A stretch of DNA of 64,000 bases from Eutreptiella sp. 'Long Island Sound 2002'. Lineage: Eukaryota; Protista; Euglenida. Below, piece by piece: positions 25,162 through 38,094 of the stretch (positions are counted from its first letter, which is position 1; each line of letters starts with the position of its first letter). The stretch covers positions 31,558,001-31,622,000 of the forward strand of contig OZ038379.1 of the NCBI GenBank assembly GCA_964036045.1, given 5' to 3'. The notes below the pieces were generated by a model. It was not told the origin of the DNA. It did no database searches and saw only the letters and a program-made list of their open reading frames with translations. A program made the position numbers and the translations under genes.

Positions 25162-25868
25162 AGTAGCCGGGATTTCGGTGACCTACGGTGACCGGTGGTT
25201 TGGTAGGTTTTTTACACTCGGTGACTTCGGTGACCATCAATTTACAATAGAAGAAGTGAGGCAACAAGGTGTGGCTGGTGTGGCTTGCTTCCAGTGTCCT
25301 GCTGATGTGGCCGGGTTTGGTTTGGAACTGAGACAACAATGGTATCACTGGGCTGATGTCCAAAAAAAGCGCCACACCAACTTCCAATGGCAGGAATTGA
25401 ATCTGCCTCTTTCCTGCAGCAGGCAAGTGCATATACCATTGGGACACTGCACCAATCTGCTGTACACTTGCTCATGGGTGGCATACAGTCCAAAGAGCAA
25501 TTTTTTTTCCAATAGATCTGGCATAGTTTGGGTTTCCACAGGACTACAAGTGCAGAACATCCAAAAAGAAGATGTTTCTGGGTAGGTGCATAACAAAACC
25601 CAACCACCTGCCCTGATTCATGCCAATTCATCTTGGCATCATATGTGGATGCTGGTTTCTTGCTGAATTGGTATGTATCAACAATTGAAAACCCCAACAT
25701 GTATGGAAAAAAGCTGGAGAGAAATATCAGCAATTTAAAGTAGATGACAGGATGATCAAAAAGCCCTTTGCACAGTGGTTTTTACCGTTTTTTTAAAAGG
25801 TTTTTTACAGTTTTTTATGAAGCCTGGCTTAGCCATGGAAATGGCTGGTGACTTCGGTGCCGGCTACT
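25162..25868. mobile_element. Possible MITE or internally deleted DNA transposon
   Basis: 9-bp inverted ends AGTAGCCGG/CCGGCTACT with subterminal (TT)CGGTGAC repeats at both ends. No TSD found. Confidence 0.35.
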
Positions 25869-26744
25869 GAGGAGGCTTGCTTTTCGAATGCTTAATGTCG
25901 CGACATCACTCCTCTCCACTTTGGTGACACTCATACAGCAGGTTTTACGTTGCCACATTACTTACTTAAACGCAACTTTGTAAGCAAGTGAAGTACATTG
26001 GTACGCTGTCATGGGAGATCCTTCATGAGGCACGTACTATTAGGGCAGTGGGTGTGACTGGACCAGCCACCTCAGAAAAGCCCAACAACCTATCGTCATA
26101 GGACGGTGGGCATTGATTGAGGAAAAACAATCATTGAAACCATGTCAATAATGTCTTGTGCCCATACATCAAGTGGAACCCGTCCGCTGTCACCAGTGGA
26201 AAACAGTGGTTTTGACGAGAAGGATTTACCCCCACAGACCCACAGGCACACTGATTTGGTTCTTCGGATGCATTGTGTTCGGGTGCATTTCTTGCTCTTA
26301 GGTGGTTCTTGCCACCACAGTGCACACAGTGCAAAGTCAAGCCGAAAGGGGCTGCCAATGGTTGTCAATGGTTGCCAATCATATCTTTCAATGGCGAGCG
26401 GGCAAGCATTGATGGCCATTGCACACCACCAACCCCCCCCCCCCCCAGCAACCAGCTCACCTTAATTAGCCCCCCCCCCCCCCCCGCAACCACCCCTTTT
26501 CCCTGGCCATTGTTGCACACACCCCAAACTAGAAAAAGTGCCTTCCTTCTTGGATGTTGAGGGAGCGTTAGCGCGAAGGGTGTGCGCAAGGCAACTTTTT
26601 GGGCCATTTCCAATCCCTACCCCTATGGGACCCCTCCGATTCTGTCCCCGCCGGTTCTAGGGCGCCAACCCGGCGGCCTATGGGTACCACGTTTGCCTCC
26701 TCTACACTTTGGTGCATTTGAATGGGTTAGTACAATCAAAAGCA

Positions 26745-27150
26745 GCCTGAAGGCATGTCCCTGTATTCCGACGGCAGCCTCCAAACGGTGGAAATCACGG
26801 GCTCCGAGTACCAAGCCGCGGGAGTTGCACCGACAAAGGACCCCTGCGCATTCTAGCCCGGGTACATCGACAACATGGCCGTGACCAAATGTGCCGACAA
26901 ATGACCCACGTGGGAGTGCTCTTATCCCAGCGTCCGCCACAAGGTGTGTGATCACACGCAACACAAGCGAGGCAACACAAGCGAGTCATCATGGAGTAGA
27001 TCCTCGGTCACCGTCAAGAGTCCGAGGCCCGGAGTGTACAAGACCGTGAGCAAATCCGGCGCAATGGGGAGGTGGACTTGCTCGCCAAAATCGCCACACG
27101 GCTACCAGTCCCAGACTACGATCCCATCCGTCCAGAGGATTTAGCAGTTT
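26745..27150 (+). pseudogene. RNase H domain fragment of a retroelement (intron 1 of gene 2)
   Basis: SLYSDGSLQ...AAGVA and RVIME*ILGH...RRNGEVDLLAKIAT match the first (YxDGS) and last (WxxGH...NExxDxLAK) RNase H motifs. Confidence 0.7.
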
Positions 27151-28841
27151 GTGGCAGTTTGTTCAATGTCGTGCACGGATGGTTTGTTGCTTCATTTGGA
27201 AGGCAAGGGGCGGTTGTTGGTCTACGCGGGAGCTTCATACGGTAAACTCGGGGACTCAATTTGGGAAAGTCATCATAAAAGTAGCGCGCAAGGCACGCGC
27301 AGGGCAAACAGTCCCCCGTTGAAGGCTATAGTCCTACACCTAAGCGAACCTGTCTCTCTGTACAAACCGGTACCCCTCCCTGGAGATGCCGCTCGCATGC
27401 ACAGTCTTGCTCCCCGACCCACAACTCACCACCATGCAGAATACCTTTGCAGATTCTCCTATCTGAAATGTGATGCCAGGCATAGACACTGTGTCAATGT
27501 GTAGTGTCAACGTGTAGTACAGAGGGATCGAGATGCACGACACCTGTACGCCTACTATACTCGTTAATAACGTGGAATAGCATCAGCACAATGCACCCCA
27601 CTTCCTTGTACCTAACCAACAACAACTAGTACCCACTAGGCTTGTAAGCCCAAGGACCAACCATCTGAGATCCGAGCGCAACATGGCCGAATGGGGCCAG
27701 CTACAGCAGTGCTGCCACTTGGACAACCATTGACTTGCAATGTAGGCCCCCTGACCCACTAGAGGCAGAACAACGCCAGTGAGGAGCAAATGGCAAGGGG
27801 GGAGACTGTCATCTCCAGGCTATCTGCCACTAGCCTTCAGACCTTACGAGTAATTCAACTCAGCCAAATGAAAGATTGCACTCAAAGAGGCGATCACTGA
27901 GTACTGATCGAACTGCATGCGAGCCAACCTTGAGGCAGTGAAGGCCATTGTGTCGTAGGCGCTGTCGCAGCCTAATTGCAAGCCTGACTATTTGTGGCCC
28001 TGCCCCCCCCCCCCCCTTTGCTTGTTGTTTGTTTGACTGTCTAGGCTATCCAAATTAAACGGCCCACATGGAATATTGTGCTCCAAGTACTCGTTAGTCA
28101 ATGCCACACTTAGTGTTGAGTGTTGGCTAAACATGGAGCCTCTATGTGTTACCGACGTTCAGTAACTGAGGGCAATGAGTTTGCATTTGACCAATACACC
28201 ACATATGGTTTTGTTGCATCTATGAGAAGTTGGGTTTCAACTCCGGGGCCGAGGGGGGTCAATAGAGGCCTCTAAAATTTTTCTTGAGGAGGGGGCAGTC
28301 TAGCCAGGGGCTCTCTCTATTGAGCCCCCCTTTTTCCCTGACTTAAATGCCCGGTCACTCCATAGTCGGGTTTACAAGTTATTGCTGTTTTGTGGTGCAA
28401 TCCCCTCCCCTCTCAAGGTGGTGTCATTTGATGACCATTCCTCCTTACCCCTGGGGGGTATGGCGCAAAAAGGGGGGGGGTTGAAGGGGGGCACCAAGTT
28501 GGCACCCTGGTAAGCAAATTGAGCAAATTTCGGGGGGGGGGGGGGATACAACAGAATGGTTTTTGCAGTTTTTTGGGGGGGTAAAAACAAAAAAATGCTG
28601 AATATCCATTGTTGTTTCCTTTCCGCTACAATTCGTATTGTAAAAATATTGGTGTTTGCCTGGTATCAAAATTGTCAAGCATTGGCACCCATGTGCAATT
28701 GCCATCTGCAATGCTCACATCTGGAAATGGTTGCTAGCAGCTATGGCTCGGCGCCGATTGCACAAGCATTGCTCGTGATTGAACACCACCTCGACAGATT
28801 GCTGTTGTCTCCTCCCTGTCCCAAGCCGTCGCACGCTGCAG

Positions 28842-29105
28842 GAATCACCAGGCGCCCCAGACGTTGACGCTGTGAAAGTGCTGATTGTTGCGGGCAAAGG
28901 CCTAAAATTGGAAGGCCCACAGCCGCAGTTGGATCCGTGCGTCGAAGTGCAGATCGGGCCCACCGTGCATTTGACGGGCATCTGCATCAACACTGCAAAC
29001 CCGGTTTGGAAAGAGGCGTTTGCGCTCCCTGCGGTCCGTCCGGAAGACCTCTTGCACGTGCGCGCCATCAACGCATATGACGCCTCTGGCGATGTCATAG
29101 GACAG
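28842..29105 (+). CDS. Gene 2 exon 2: C2 domain 2 (N-terminal part)
   Basis: CAG|GAA acceptor and CAG|GT donor, 88 codons. Contains VKVLIVAGKGL...DPCVEVQIG...NTANPVWKEAF. Confidence 0.85.
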
Positions 29106-30748
29106 GTGCTGTGCCTACTGCTGCCCACGCTCTATTGTCGGCTGCCAATACTGCTCCAGGTCCGATTTCGATCACGACTCACAACTCTGCTTCTCAACAG
29201 CTTCGGGACGACACATGCCCCTCCCGCAGCAATGTGGGGTCAGGGGGAATGCGAACGCAAACCCCTGGCCAGAGAGCAGTGCCACCACCACAGGGAGTGT
29301 AGGGAGGTGAGGACAGGCAAGACCGGGAGATCAAGGGCACGAGGCGGTGACAGGCAATGGGCACCACTGCCTACGCAGGGAAAGGGTTTCAAGCAAAGGA
29401 CAAGGGTAAGTGGCGACAGGCCAATACGCGCCCCCGGCTTCAGACAGCAGACCACACAGGCGTCATGCCCCCCCGTGCACACAAACGGGAGCACCATGAG
29501 AGGCTGGGTGCCGGTGGTCCAGGTTAGGTATGGTTTCGCCAAAGGGTCATGACGCCCCGATTACGGGCGAATGATCCCTCAATGAGATGCGCAATGAAAA
29601 CCGTGTGGGCGCCCACATTGGCCTTATTTGCATCCCTGTTCTGACGGTACAGCAAGCCCATTATGTGGCTCCGTGTAGGATCTTTGAGGTTGTGTGTGTG
29701 GAGGGGGGGGATACCACACTGCCTGTGGTCTGTAGACTGTCTGCCACAAGTAGACGTGGTCTGCCGGCGCGCTGTAGACGAGACTTTTGGAGGTGCAAGG
29801 CGTAAAGCATGGAAGTGTGGAGGTGTGGAGGAGGGTGTGAGGGGAAAACGAGGGGGGGGGGGGCTGGTGCATATTATCTTTTCTCGTCTATGTCCTTCCC
29901 TGCAGGGTGTGAGGCACTGGACTCCGAGACAGTGCCATCAGAAGGCTGAACGGTGTCGCGGTGCCGGTGCCGGTACCGGTACCGTCCTGTCTATCTCTCG
30001 TCGTGTCACTGTCATTGTCGCTGTTGCTGTTGCGATCTCTGCCCTCTGCCGTGCACGCACACACTCTCTGTCAATGTCTCTGTCACTGTTGCTGCCTCTG
30101 GGGAGTGGAAAATTCATTTTCCGAGGGGGGCCGTTCGAGCCCCTCAAAATCAAGGGGGTGTTCCTGGAAAAGGGCTTCTCGTGACAGAACCGATGTGAAA
30201 AGGGTAGTCCCCAGGGCTGGCGGTAGGCCCAAAAGGAGCCTGGGATAGGCCGGGGGGCGTCCAGGGACCCCAACACATACGAGACAAAACGATACCCACG
30301 ACCCGCGGACAATTTTGAGGTGCGTATGTATCACGGGGGCATTGTTGTTCTTCACAAGTTGCGTGGCGGCTGTTTTGTGGGCCGTCATCACGCCTCTTTC
30401 ACGAGAGCCCCTTTTAAGGGGTTGGGGTACAGAAAGGGGACTGGAACCCCCCGCCCCCCGCCGCGACACAGAAGGACGTTTTGTAGGGGTACAAAGGGAC
30501 AGGGGCACGCATGGACCGGGGAAACGATGCTGCATGTGAGGGGGCTCAGCGATGGGGACAGGGACAGGGACAGTGACAGAGATCGAGACAGCATAGAGAC
30601 AGAGACAGGGACACCGAATATGACAGAGACTCTGACAGGCAGACGAAGGCAGGGGCAGACAGGGAGGGGGGAATTCATTTGTGGTCCCCAGCCCTGGCAC
30701 GTGGCTCTTCCCCTGCCCCTCTGACCGTCTCGCACCGCCCCCGCGCAG

Positions 30749-32341
30749 GTCTCCATCCCGGGCTCTGTTGTGCTGGCGATGGCAGAAGGGGAAGTCACGC
30801 GGGAGGTCGACATCCGCACGACGCGCGGCGCCCCCGTCGGTGTCCTCCTGATCGGCGCCGCGCGCACTCGCCGCACTCTCGCCGTCCCCAGTCCTGCCCC
30901 GCCCTCGCCGCCCGCAAAGCCCCCAGACACGTCCCCTCCACAGCCTCGGCCACAGGCTCAGACTCATAGTGCCGGGCCAGAGCCACCCCCGAACGGCAGC
31001 CCCATCCGTCTCACAGTTCACATCCTCGGCGCCCGCGGTCTTGCGGCGCCCGGCGGCCGCCCCCCTGACCCGTGCGCGGTCTTGCGCGCCGGGACCATCG
31101 TGCTGGCGACTGGGACCTGCGAGGGCACATGCGACCCCGTGTGGGATGAGGCGCTCTCTGTCGCTGTCCCGGCGCATGGGGCACTGACCCTGGGGGTCTT
31201 CACGGGGGGACAGCTGCTCGGGGAGACCACGATCACGGCGGCGGATCTGCAGGGCTACACCTCCGCCACGCCCCCCCTCCGCCTACCGCTCGCACTCAAC
31301 GGTCGGTCGGCGGGCGAAGTCACGGTGAGTGTGCACCCCGATGCGGTGCGCAGTGTGCGCGCGCGCACCCCCAAGGGGAGCGGCGTGGCGTCCCCCGGCC
31401 ATGTGGCACCACTGCTGGACCTGACGCAGCCCGTGCCAACCCACACACACCCCTCGCCCCCCGCCGCCAAGCAACCCCCGGGGCGTGCGGCCCCAGCAGT
31501 GGAGCCGGACGCCGGTGTGTCCGAGGCCCTCACATTCAGCATCGTGGTCCTGCGGGCGCTGGACGTGCGGAGCAACCGCATCAGCGCCGCAGTGACGCTG
31601 GCGGCAGAGGAGGGGGGGCCGCTGCACCGCACGACGGCGCAGCCTATAAAGGACGGGACGGTGGTCTGGGACGAGGGGGCGTTCGCGGTGCACGTGCGGC
31701 CCACAGGAACGCTCACGTGCACTCTGCTGGGGGCGGACCGATACAGTGAGGCGGGGGTCGGGGTTGCAGTCGTGTACGGCAGCACGCTGCAGCGCAGCGG
31801 AGCCCACGAGTTTTGGGTGGCAGCCAAGGACGCTAACGGCGATGTATCGGGGCAGTTGGTGTTGTCGGTCTCCAAGGGCATCCCTGGGACACGACCACCC
31901 GCCTCTGGCCCGTCCCCTGCGCCTGACTCTGCACCGCTGTCTGCTTCCACCTCCAGCTCTGAGCCCCGGCGTGTGCCTGTGGGCCGGGCTGTGTTGCCGC
32001 TAGAGGACAACGGTGATCTTGCACATGGCAGTGCGCTGCCTCGCGGACTGACCCAGACCCAGACACAGGCACAGACACAGGCACAGGCACCGGCACCAAC
32101 ACAGGCACACGCATCAGCACAGAGGTGTGCGCCTTCACCATCAGATACAACGCTGCAACACCTTGAGATAGCGCTGTCGCAGGCGGTCGGAGTGAAGGCA
32201 ACCCGTAGCAACCTTAGTGCCACACTGCAGACTGCCAAGCAGAGCTACAGCACCCGCCTGCGGCTGCTGCAGGATGGGCACGTGGTGTGGGATGAGACGT
32301 TCGTGGTGCCTCTGTGCCGTAAGGACGAGCTGATCTTTCAG
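30749..32341 (+). CDS. Gene 2 exon 3: end of C2-2, C2-3, C2-4, start of C2-5
   Basis: 531 in-frame codons, phase 0 at both ends. Motifs LTVHILGARGL..DPCAVL..PVWDE, FSIVVLRALDV..VVWDEGAF, LEIALSQAVGV..VVWDETF. Confidence 0.9.
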
Positions 32342-32574
32342 GTCAACCGCCATCACACACCTGTGCTTATCCCCAAGCCCCGCTGACCATCTCCTCTGTT
32401 GCCTGGTGAGTCATACAGGACTTCTACTGGAGCTGCTCACGTTTGTCCAAGACTATGAAGTTTCATCGGAGGCATATCAGGGGGTATTAGAGTTGTGAAC
32501 GAGCTGTACTGGAGTTGTGAACAACTTCAACGGGAGTTTTGAAGGAGTTTGATTGGAGTTGTATTGGCGTTGTA

Positions 32575-33339
32575 CCGTAGATTTTGGCAGAATAGGCCAT
32601 TCTAGCATTCGTTTGCCCTGAAAATGTGCCTTTCGCAAAAAAATAAAAAAAACGCAAAAAAGATTTATTTCTCTCGTGTTGCCTTGCAAAACACGTAGAT
32701 TCTTCGCAATTTTAGAAAAATAATTATTTCTCCTGTTGTTCCCTGTTGGTCGTTTGCGCTTGACAGATGTTTACTTCGCAATCTTATTTTTCTTCTTTGC
32801 CCCCGGAAATTGCTATTGCACAGCATGCTGAGCGTCTTGAACGGGCAGATGTTGAACAGTTCTGTCGCAACCTTCTGTTGGGAATGGTCGGTATTGCCAA
32901 TACCAACCGTACCCTGCCTTGTCCATGGCAAAGGTACCAACAACTTCGAAACCATACCAAATGATGATGACTGAGGGGTGAAATTTTTGTCCCAAAAATT
33001 GAGAGAGTTTTTGGGTTTCCATGTGACTCTAACTGCACAACAACCAAAAGGAAGGTGTGTTTCGGGCCTGCGACCGAGATCCATAGCATAGGGGACATGC
33101 CATTGGCCTCAAGAACGCTTCCTTCACAAAATTTTCATGTTGACCAAATTAATCGCAAAAATTTGATCAATATTTGCTGGGCTTGGTGAAATTCTTGTCG
33201 CAAAACACTAATTCCTCAAAAAAAATTGGAAAAAAACCTTTTTGACATTTTGCCCTGTAACACAAAAAATCTGACGAAATATTAATTCCTTTTCAATTCG
33301 CAAAATTTCGCCGTTCGCAAAAATTCACTGTTTCAACGG
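32575..33339. mobile_element. AT-rich MITE-like insertion with TA flanks (Tc1/mariner/pogo-type ends)
   Basis: TA|CCGTAGA...TCAACGG|TA splits a degenerate GGAG(T/A)TGTATT repeat tract. Internal TTCGCAAAA-type repeats. The TIRs are very short. Confidence 0.45.
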
Positions 33340-33506
33340 TATTGGACATGTTTTGAAGTTGCATTGGAGATGTGTTGAGTTGTGTTGGAGATGTATCGGA
33401 GATGTATTGGAGATGTATTGAGTGTTATTGGAGATGTATTGGGGTCGTAAAGGGGTTGGTGCAATTTGATAGGAGTTGTGTGCATAGGAGCTCTGCATTT
33501 CGGCAG

Positions 33507-34115
33507 GTCAAAGAGGCTGACAGTCAATCCAACCATGTGCTGGGCACTGCGACGTTGCACGGCAACACTGCCCTCTCCCTTGCTGGTGGGCGCGAGCTGC
33601 AGTTGGATTTCCGGGACGCTGGCGGCAGGGCTATGGGAAGGTTGATGCTGTCCATATCCGCACCCTCTAAGACCCAGACGAGTAGGCCCGAGGGGGCGTC
33701 TGGCGCTACGCACAAGACCCCCCATCCCTCACAGGCCCTGGGTGCTGCAGCGGTAGCACAACCTGTCGCCAGTGCTGTTCCCACTGGCCCCGCGCAACGA
33801 GGCACACCCGTGCGACCGGTCCCGTCACCGGCGCCTGCATCACCCCATCCAACCGGCAGCCCCCAGTCCCTGCCCAGCCCCGCCTTCAAGGGCCCCTCTC
33901 AGGCGCCCCCTGCTGGGGGCGGGGCGCGGCGTCTGGAGATCGGGGTGATGCAGGTGGTGCTGCGGGCCGCCCCCGAGGGCAGTCTGTGGGCTGTGCTGCG
34001 GGCAGGTGACCACTGCCACAGTACGCGAACGCAGCGGCCTCAGGCGGGCGGTCGTGTGGCATGGGACGAGACTTTCCCGGTGCCATTCAGCCCAAATGAC
34101 CCAATGGTGTTTGAG
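33507..34115 (+). CDS. Gene 2 exon 4: end of C2-5, linker, start of C2-6
   Basis: CAG|GTC AAA acceptor and GAG|GT donor, 203 codons. Contains VAWDETFPVPF. Confidence 0.9.
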
Positions 34116-35499
34116 GTCCACCCTGTTTCTCGTTCCTGTTCCCCGATTTCAGAGCTGCCCTTTACGCATGAGAGCACCTCCCCACCCCCCGAAGGACAGC
34201 TGAAGGTTTTGGGGGGCAAGGGTGCAGTTAAATGACGGCAGTTGGCGACTCGCCGACAGTAGTAGCCGCTCAAGTTAAGCTGGTTAGCCAGTTGCCGACA
34301 GTGGTGGGGGTCCTTACCATTTTTCGGATTCTAAAACATGATTGGTCGGGGGGTCCCAGACCTCCACAGAAACGCGCCCTGGCGAGCCTGGGGCCAGCGG
34401 TGTCCTTACTGCCAGAACGAAACAAAGCTCGCCCTCTGGTACACCTGGACCTCGTCTGTACGCCACCCGAGTCCCCCCCCAATGCCCTCAGCCCCGGTCC
34501 AACCCCCCCCCCCCCCCCCTCCAGTTCTCAGTTGTCTGAGAATTGGCATCTGGCCAATGTAGACCAATTTTTGCTCCAGCACCCTCGGCACCGCTGATGT
34601 GCCATATGATGCATCCTTCCTTGTCCACTGTCCACATGTCCACAGTTGATACAAGTCAACAGCTTTGTACTTGGTGGGCTCTGAGTGTGCACATGACCTA
34701 CGTGTAATTGTTGTCATTTCATGTGTTTCATGGCAACTCCATTGCTCTCAGTGCATTGCATCCCTGATTGCCCAGCACATTTTTTCAAAAAGGTGATCCA
34801 GAATTGGTATAATGGTGCTACATTCCCCCGCCCTATCTGGGAGTCACAAGTGTTTTTTAGCAGCAACTATTGAGAGCTCCCAGCCGGTAGTAACAGCAAG
34901 TATCTTGCACCTACCAGGAAACCTTAGCAAGCATCGGGTGCCCCACCAAGAAATGGCAGCAACCATCCGAAACCCACCCTCTAGTGGCAGCAACAATTCA
35001 GAGCAATATCTGCAGGAATTTTATCAATAGCCATACAACTGTAAAAAAAAATTCCGGCGCCTGTGGCACCAAAACCTCTCGAATGCCAGTTGGTGGGGAG
35101 GAGGGTCAACCCCCCCTCCCGTTTCAGACCCCCCCCCCCCCCGGTCCAAACCCCCCCTCCCCTTCCCCTTTCCGCCCATTCTAAAACATGACTGCTCCCT
35201 ACCCCAGCCCTGCTTTCCCGGGCATCAATACGGGAGCAGGAGTCATCCCGTCCCCACCGGTGCGTACAAACAGATGACACCTGGTCAGGATCCATACATC
35301 TACGCAGCATGGACACACCAGCAAAGTCATACAGACACCACCGCCACAGAAAACAGAGGAGGCATCATTTTTCGGAACAATGCAGTGTACGCTGTACCGT
35401 GAGGCTGCTGAATGTCGTTCGTTTTCTGCCCCTCTTTTGTGAACGGCGGGCGTTTTCTCCCCCGAGCGCCTGTACATGGATTTTCATCGGCCAACTCAG

Positions 35500-35743
35500 G
35501 TCAAAGAAAGCGGCAGTCGCTCTGAGCACTTGGTCGGAACGGCGATGCTGTCGGGTGGCACAGCACTCACGTTTGCCGGCGGGAGTGAAGTACGCCTGGA
35601 CCTGCGGGATTCCGGGGGTGCCAGTGTGGGATTCTTGGTGCTGCGTGTGCGGGAGTCTGCGCCGGAGGGACCTGGCCTGCAGCAGGTTGGTGATCAGGCA
35701 GAGGCGCAGGCACAGGCACAGGCAGGGGCACAGGCACAGGCAG

Positions 35744-35782
<39 letters not shown>

Positions 35783-36171
35783 TGCAGTTGCCAGCTGAGC
35801 CAAATGAACCACCGGCAGAAGCACAGACACAGGTGCAGATGCAGTTGGAAGGGAAGGCGAAAGCAGAGGGAAAGAGGGAAGCTGATGCCAGGGCACCGTC
35901 AGAGGTACGACCGCGGGTGCAGGCCCAAACAAGGGTCGCGCCTGTGCTTTCCACTCCATCCCGAGAGACTCCTGCGGGCCCGCCCCAGCGCTTTGAGGTC
36001 ACGGTATTGCAAGCGGGAGGGTCGGTGGCGACCCGCAGCAATCTGTGTGCTGTGGTGCGGGCTGGGGACCAGTCTCATCATACTCGTCGCCAAGGAGCAG
36101 AGGATGGTCGTGTGGTTTGGAATGAGACCTTTACCGTGCGCTTGGGCCCCAAGGACGAGATTGTGATTCAG
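35500..36171 (+). CDS. Gene 2 exon 5: end of C2-6, Gln-Ala repeat, start of C2-7
   Basis: 224 codons, phase 0/0. Clear paralog of exons 4 and 6 (VKE...LVGTA.L.G..AL..AGG.E.RLD.RD..G.S.G.L.L; VVWNETF). Confidence 0.9.
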
Positions 36172-36464
36172 GTGAAGCTCCCTCCGATGATGTCCTTGCC
36201 GGCGTCAGTACCAGAGTCCAGCCCCTTCCGGTGACTACCCGCTAACCCCCAACCCTCCTGTCGCAAGAGCAGCCAGGACATTAAAAGACGCCAACCCTTC
36301 CGCTGACTACAATGCACGATGATGCAACTCTCTCATGTGCACCCTTGCCACACAATGCCTCAACCAGACTGCTGCTGTATTTGTATGGGTCCTGATGCCC
36401 ACCAAATGCACCGCGACATTTGGTGAATGTCTGTGTAAATTTCCACAGGAGGACATTAGGACAC

Positions 36465-37830
36465 CAGAATGTGATGTGATGTGATGTGATCTGCTGAAGG
36501 CGCTGTTACCAAAAGGCAATGGCCGGGATGTGTACCCACGGGTACGGGTAAACGGGAGGGCTGTGTGTAAGTGCACGCTGTGTGCTAGTGTGTTGTTGTA
36601 CAGTCGGGACCAGTGCAGGGTTGCACTGGGCCCGTGCTGCTCTGCCGACACCTGTGCACGGTCGCACAGGGTCTATTGGGCTCACTGCACTGTGTGTGCA
36701 CTGTGTGTGCGCTGCACTGCACTGTGTGTGCTGTGCTGCACCGTGTGTGCTGAACTGCACTATCAGCACTTTGTGTGCTGTGCTCCACTGCTTGGTGCTG
36801 TGCACTGCACTGCACTGTGTGCGCTTTTGACAGGCCAACGAGCAACACACTGCCTCACCGCCCAGGGGTAGTGGGTAGTGGAACTCTTGCAATGCACCGC
36901 CACACTGCCTGTGGGCACACACTGCTTTGGGGCAGTGGGCAGCCGAGTAGAACTCCTACAATGCGGGGCCACACTAGCGCCACACTGCCGTGGGGCACTG
37001 GACAGTGGAAATCCTGCAATTCACTACCACACTGCCTGTGGGCAGTGGGCAATGGAACTTCTGCAATGCACCATGCACCGCCACACTTGCAATGCACCAT
37101 GCACTGCCACACTGCTTTGGGGCAGTGGGCAGCCGAACTCCTGCGATTCACCGCCACAGTGCCTGGGGCAGTTGGCAGTAGAGTAGTAGAACTCCTGCAA
37201 TGCACCGCTACACTACCTATGGGCGGTGGGTAGCCGAAGTCCTGCATTGCACTGCCACACTGCGTGGGCAATGGAACTCCCGCAATGCACCGCCACACTG
37301 CTTTGGGGCAGTGGGCAGCCGAACTCCTGCAACGCACCGCCACATTGCCTATGGGCACTTGGCAGTAGAACTCCTGCAATGCACCGCCACACTGCCTGTG
37401 GGTAGTGGGCGGTTGAACTCTTGCAATACACCGCCACACGGCCTGGGGGCAGTGGGCAGTGGAATTCCTGCGATTCACCGCAATTCACCGCCCCACTGCC
37501 TCACACTGCCCATTGCCTCACCGCCTAGGAGTAGCACGTAGTGGAACTCCATCTGAATGTTGCCTCACTGCCCAAGGGTAGTGGGAAGTGGGACTCCTAC
37601 TGTACACTGTTGTGCTGCCTAGGGGCAGTGGGCAGTGGAACTCCTTCTGTGTACTTTCTCACTGCCTGGGGGCAATGGGCAGTGGAACTCTTGCTGTGCA
37701 GTGCCTCACTGCCTTGAGGCAATTGGCAGTGGAGCTCCTGCCGTACACTGCCTCACTGCTTGTGGGCAATGGGCAGTGGAACTTGTGCCGTGCGTTGCCT
37801 TACTGCCTGAGGGCAGCCTACATTGAGGCC
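36465..37830 (-). repeat. Inverted copy of the composite 46-bp-satellite element with a short (TGATG)n tail
   Basis: 36497-36700 is the reverse complement of ~3670-3880, followed by the inverted satellite. Confidence 0.9.
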
Positions 37831-38010
37831 TCATTGAATTTCTGGCCCCTGTGCGTAAGAGCATTGGGGGCTCATTGAATCCCTAGCCCCTGCGTGGGAG
37901 CACATTGAGGCCCCATTCAGATCCCGGCCCCCGTGCACCAGTGCAATAGAGCCTCATTGAAATCCTGGTCCCCGTGCATGAGCGCACCGGGACCTCATGG
38001 AACTCACGGC
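37820..38010 (+). repeat. ~40-bp tandem repeat, about 5 degenerate units
   Basis: CATTGAGGCCTCATTGAAT...GGCCCCTGTGC recurs. Confidence 0.7.
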
Positions 38011-38094
38011 CTCTGCGCCTACGTGGGATGTCAGCCCACAACGGCATTGGCCAACGGGCTAGGGGCATAGGCCGTCCTGCTCAGTCAGTGGTTG

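Noticed and set aside
29906-29960. Extra mini-exon of gene 2
   Set aside because: Exon 2 joins exon 3 directly to complete the C2 fold (DVIGQ|VSIPGSVVL). Inserting this segment would disrupt it.
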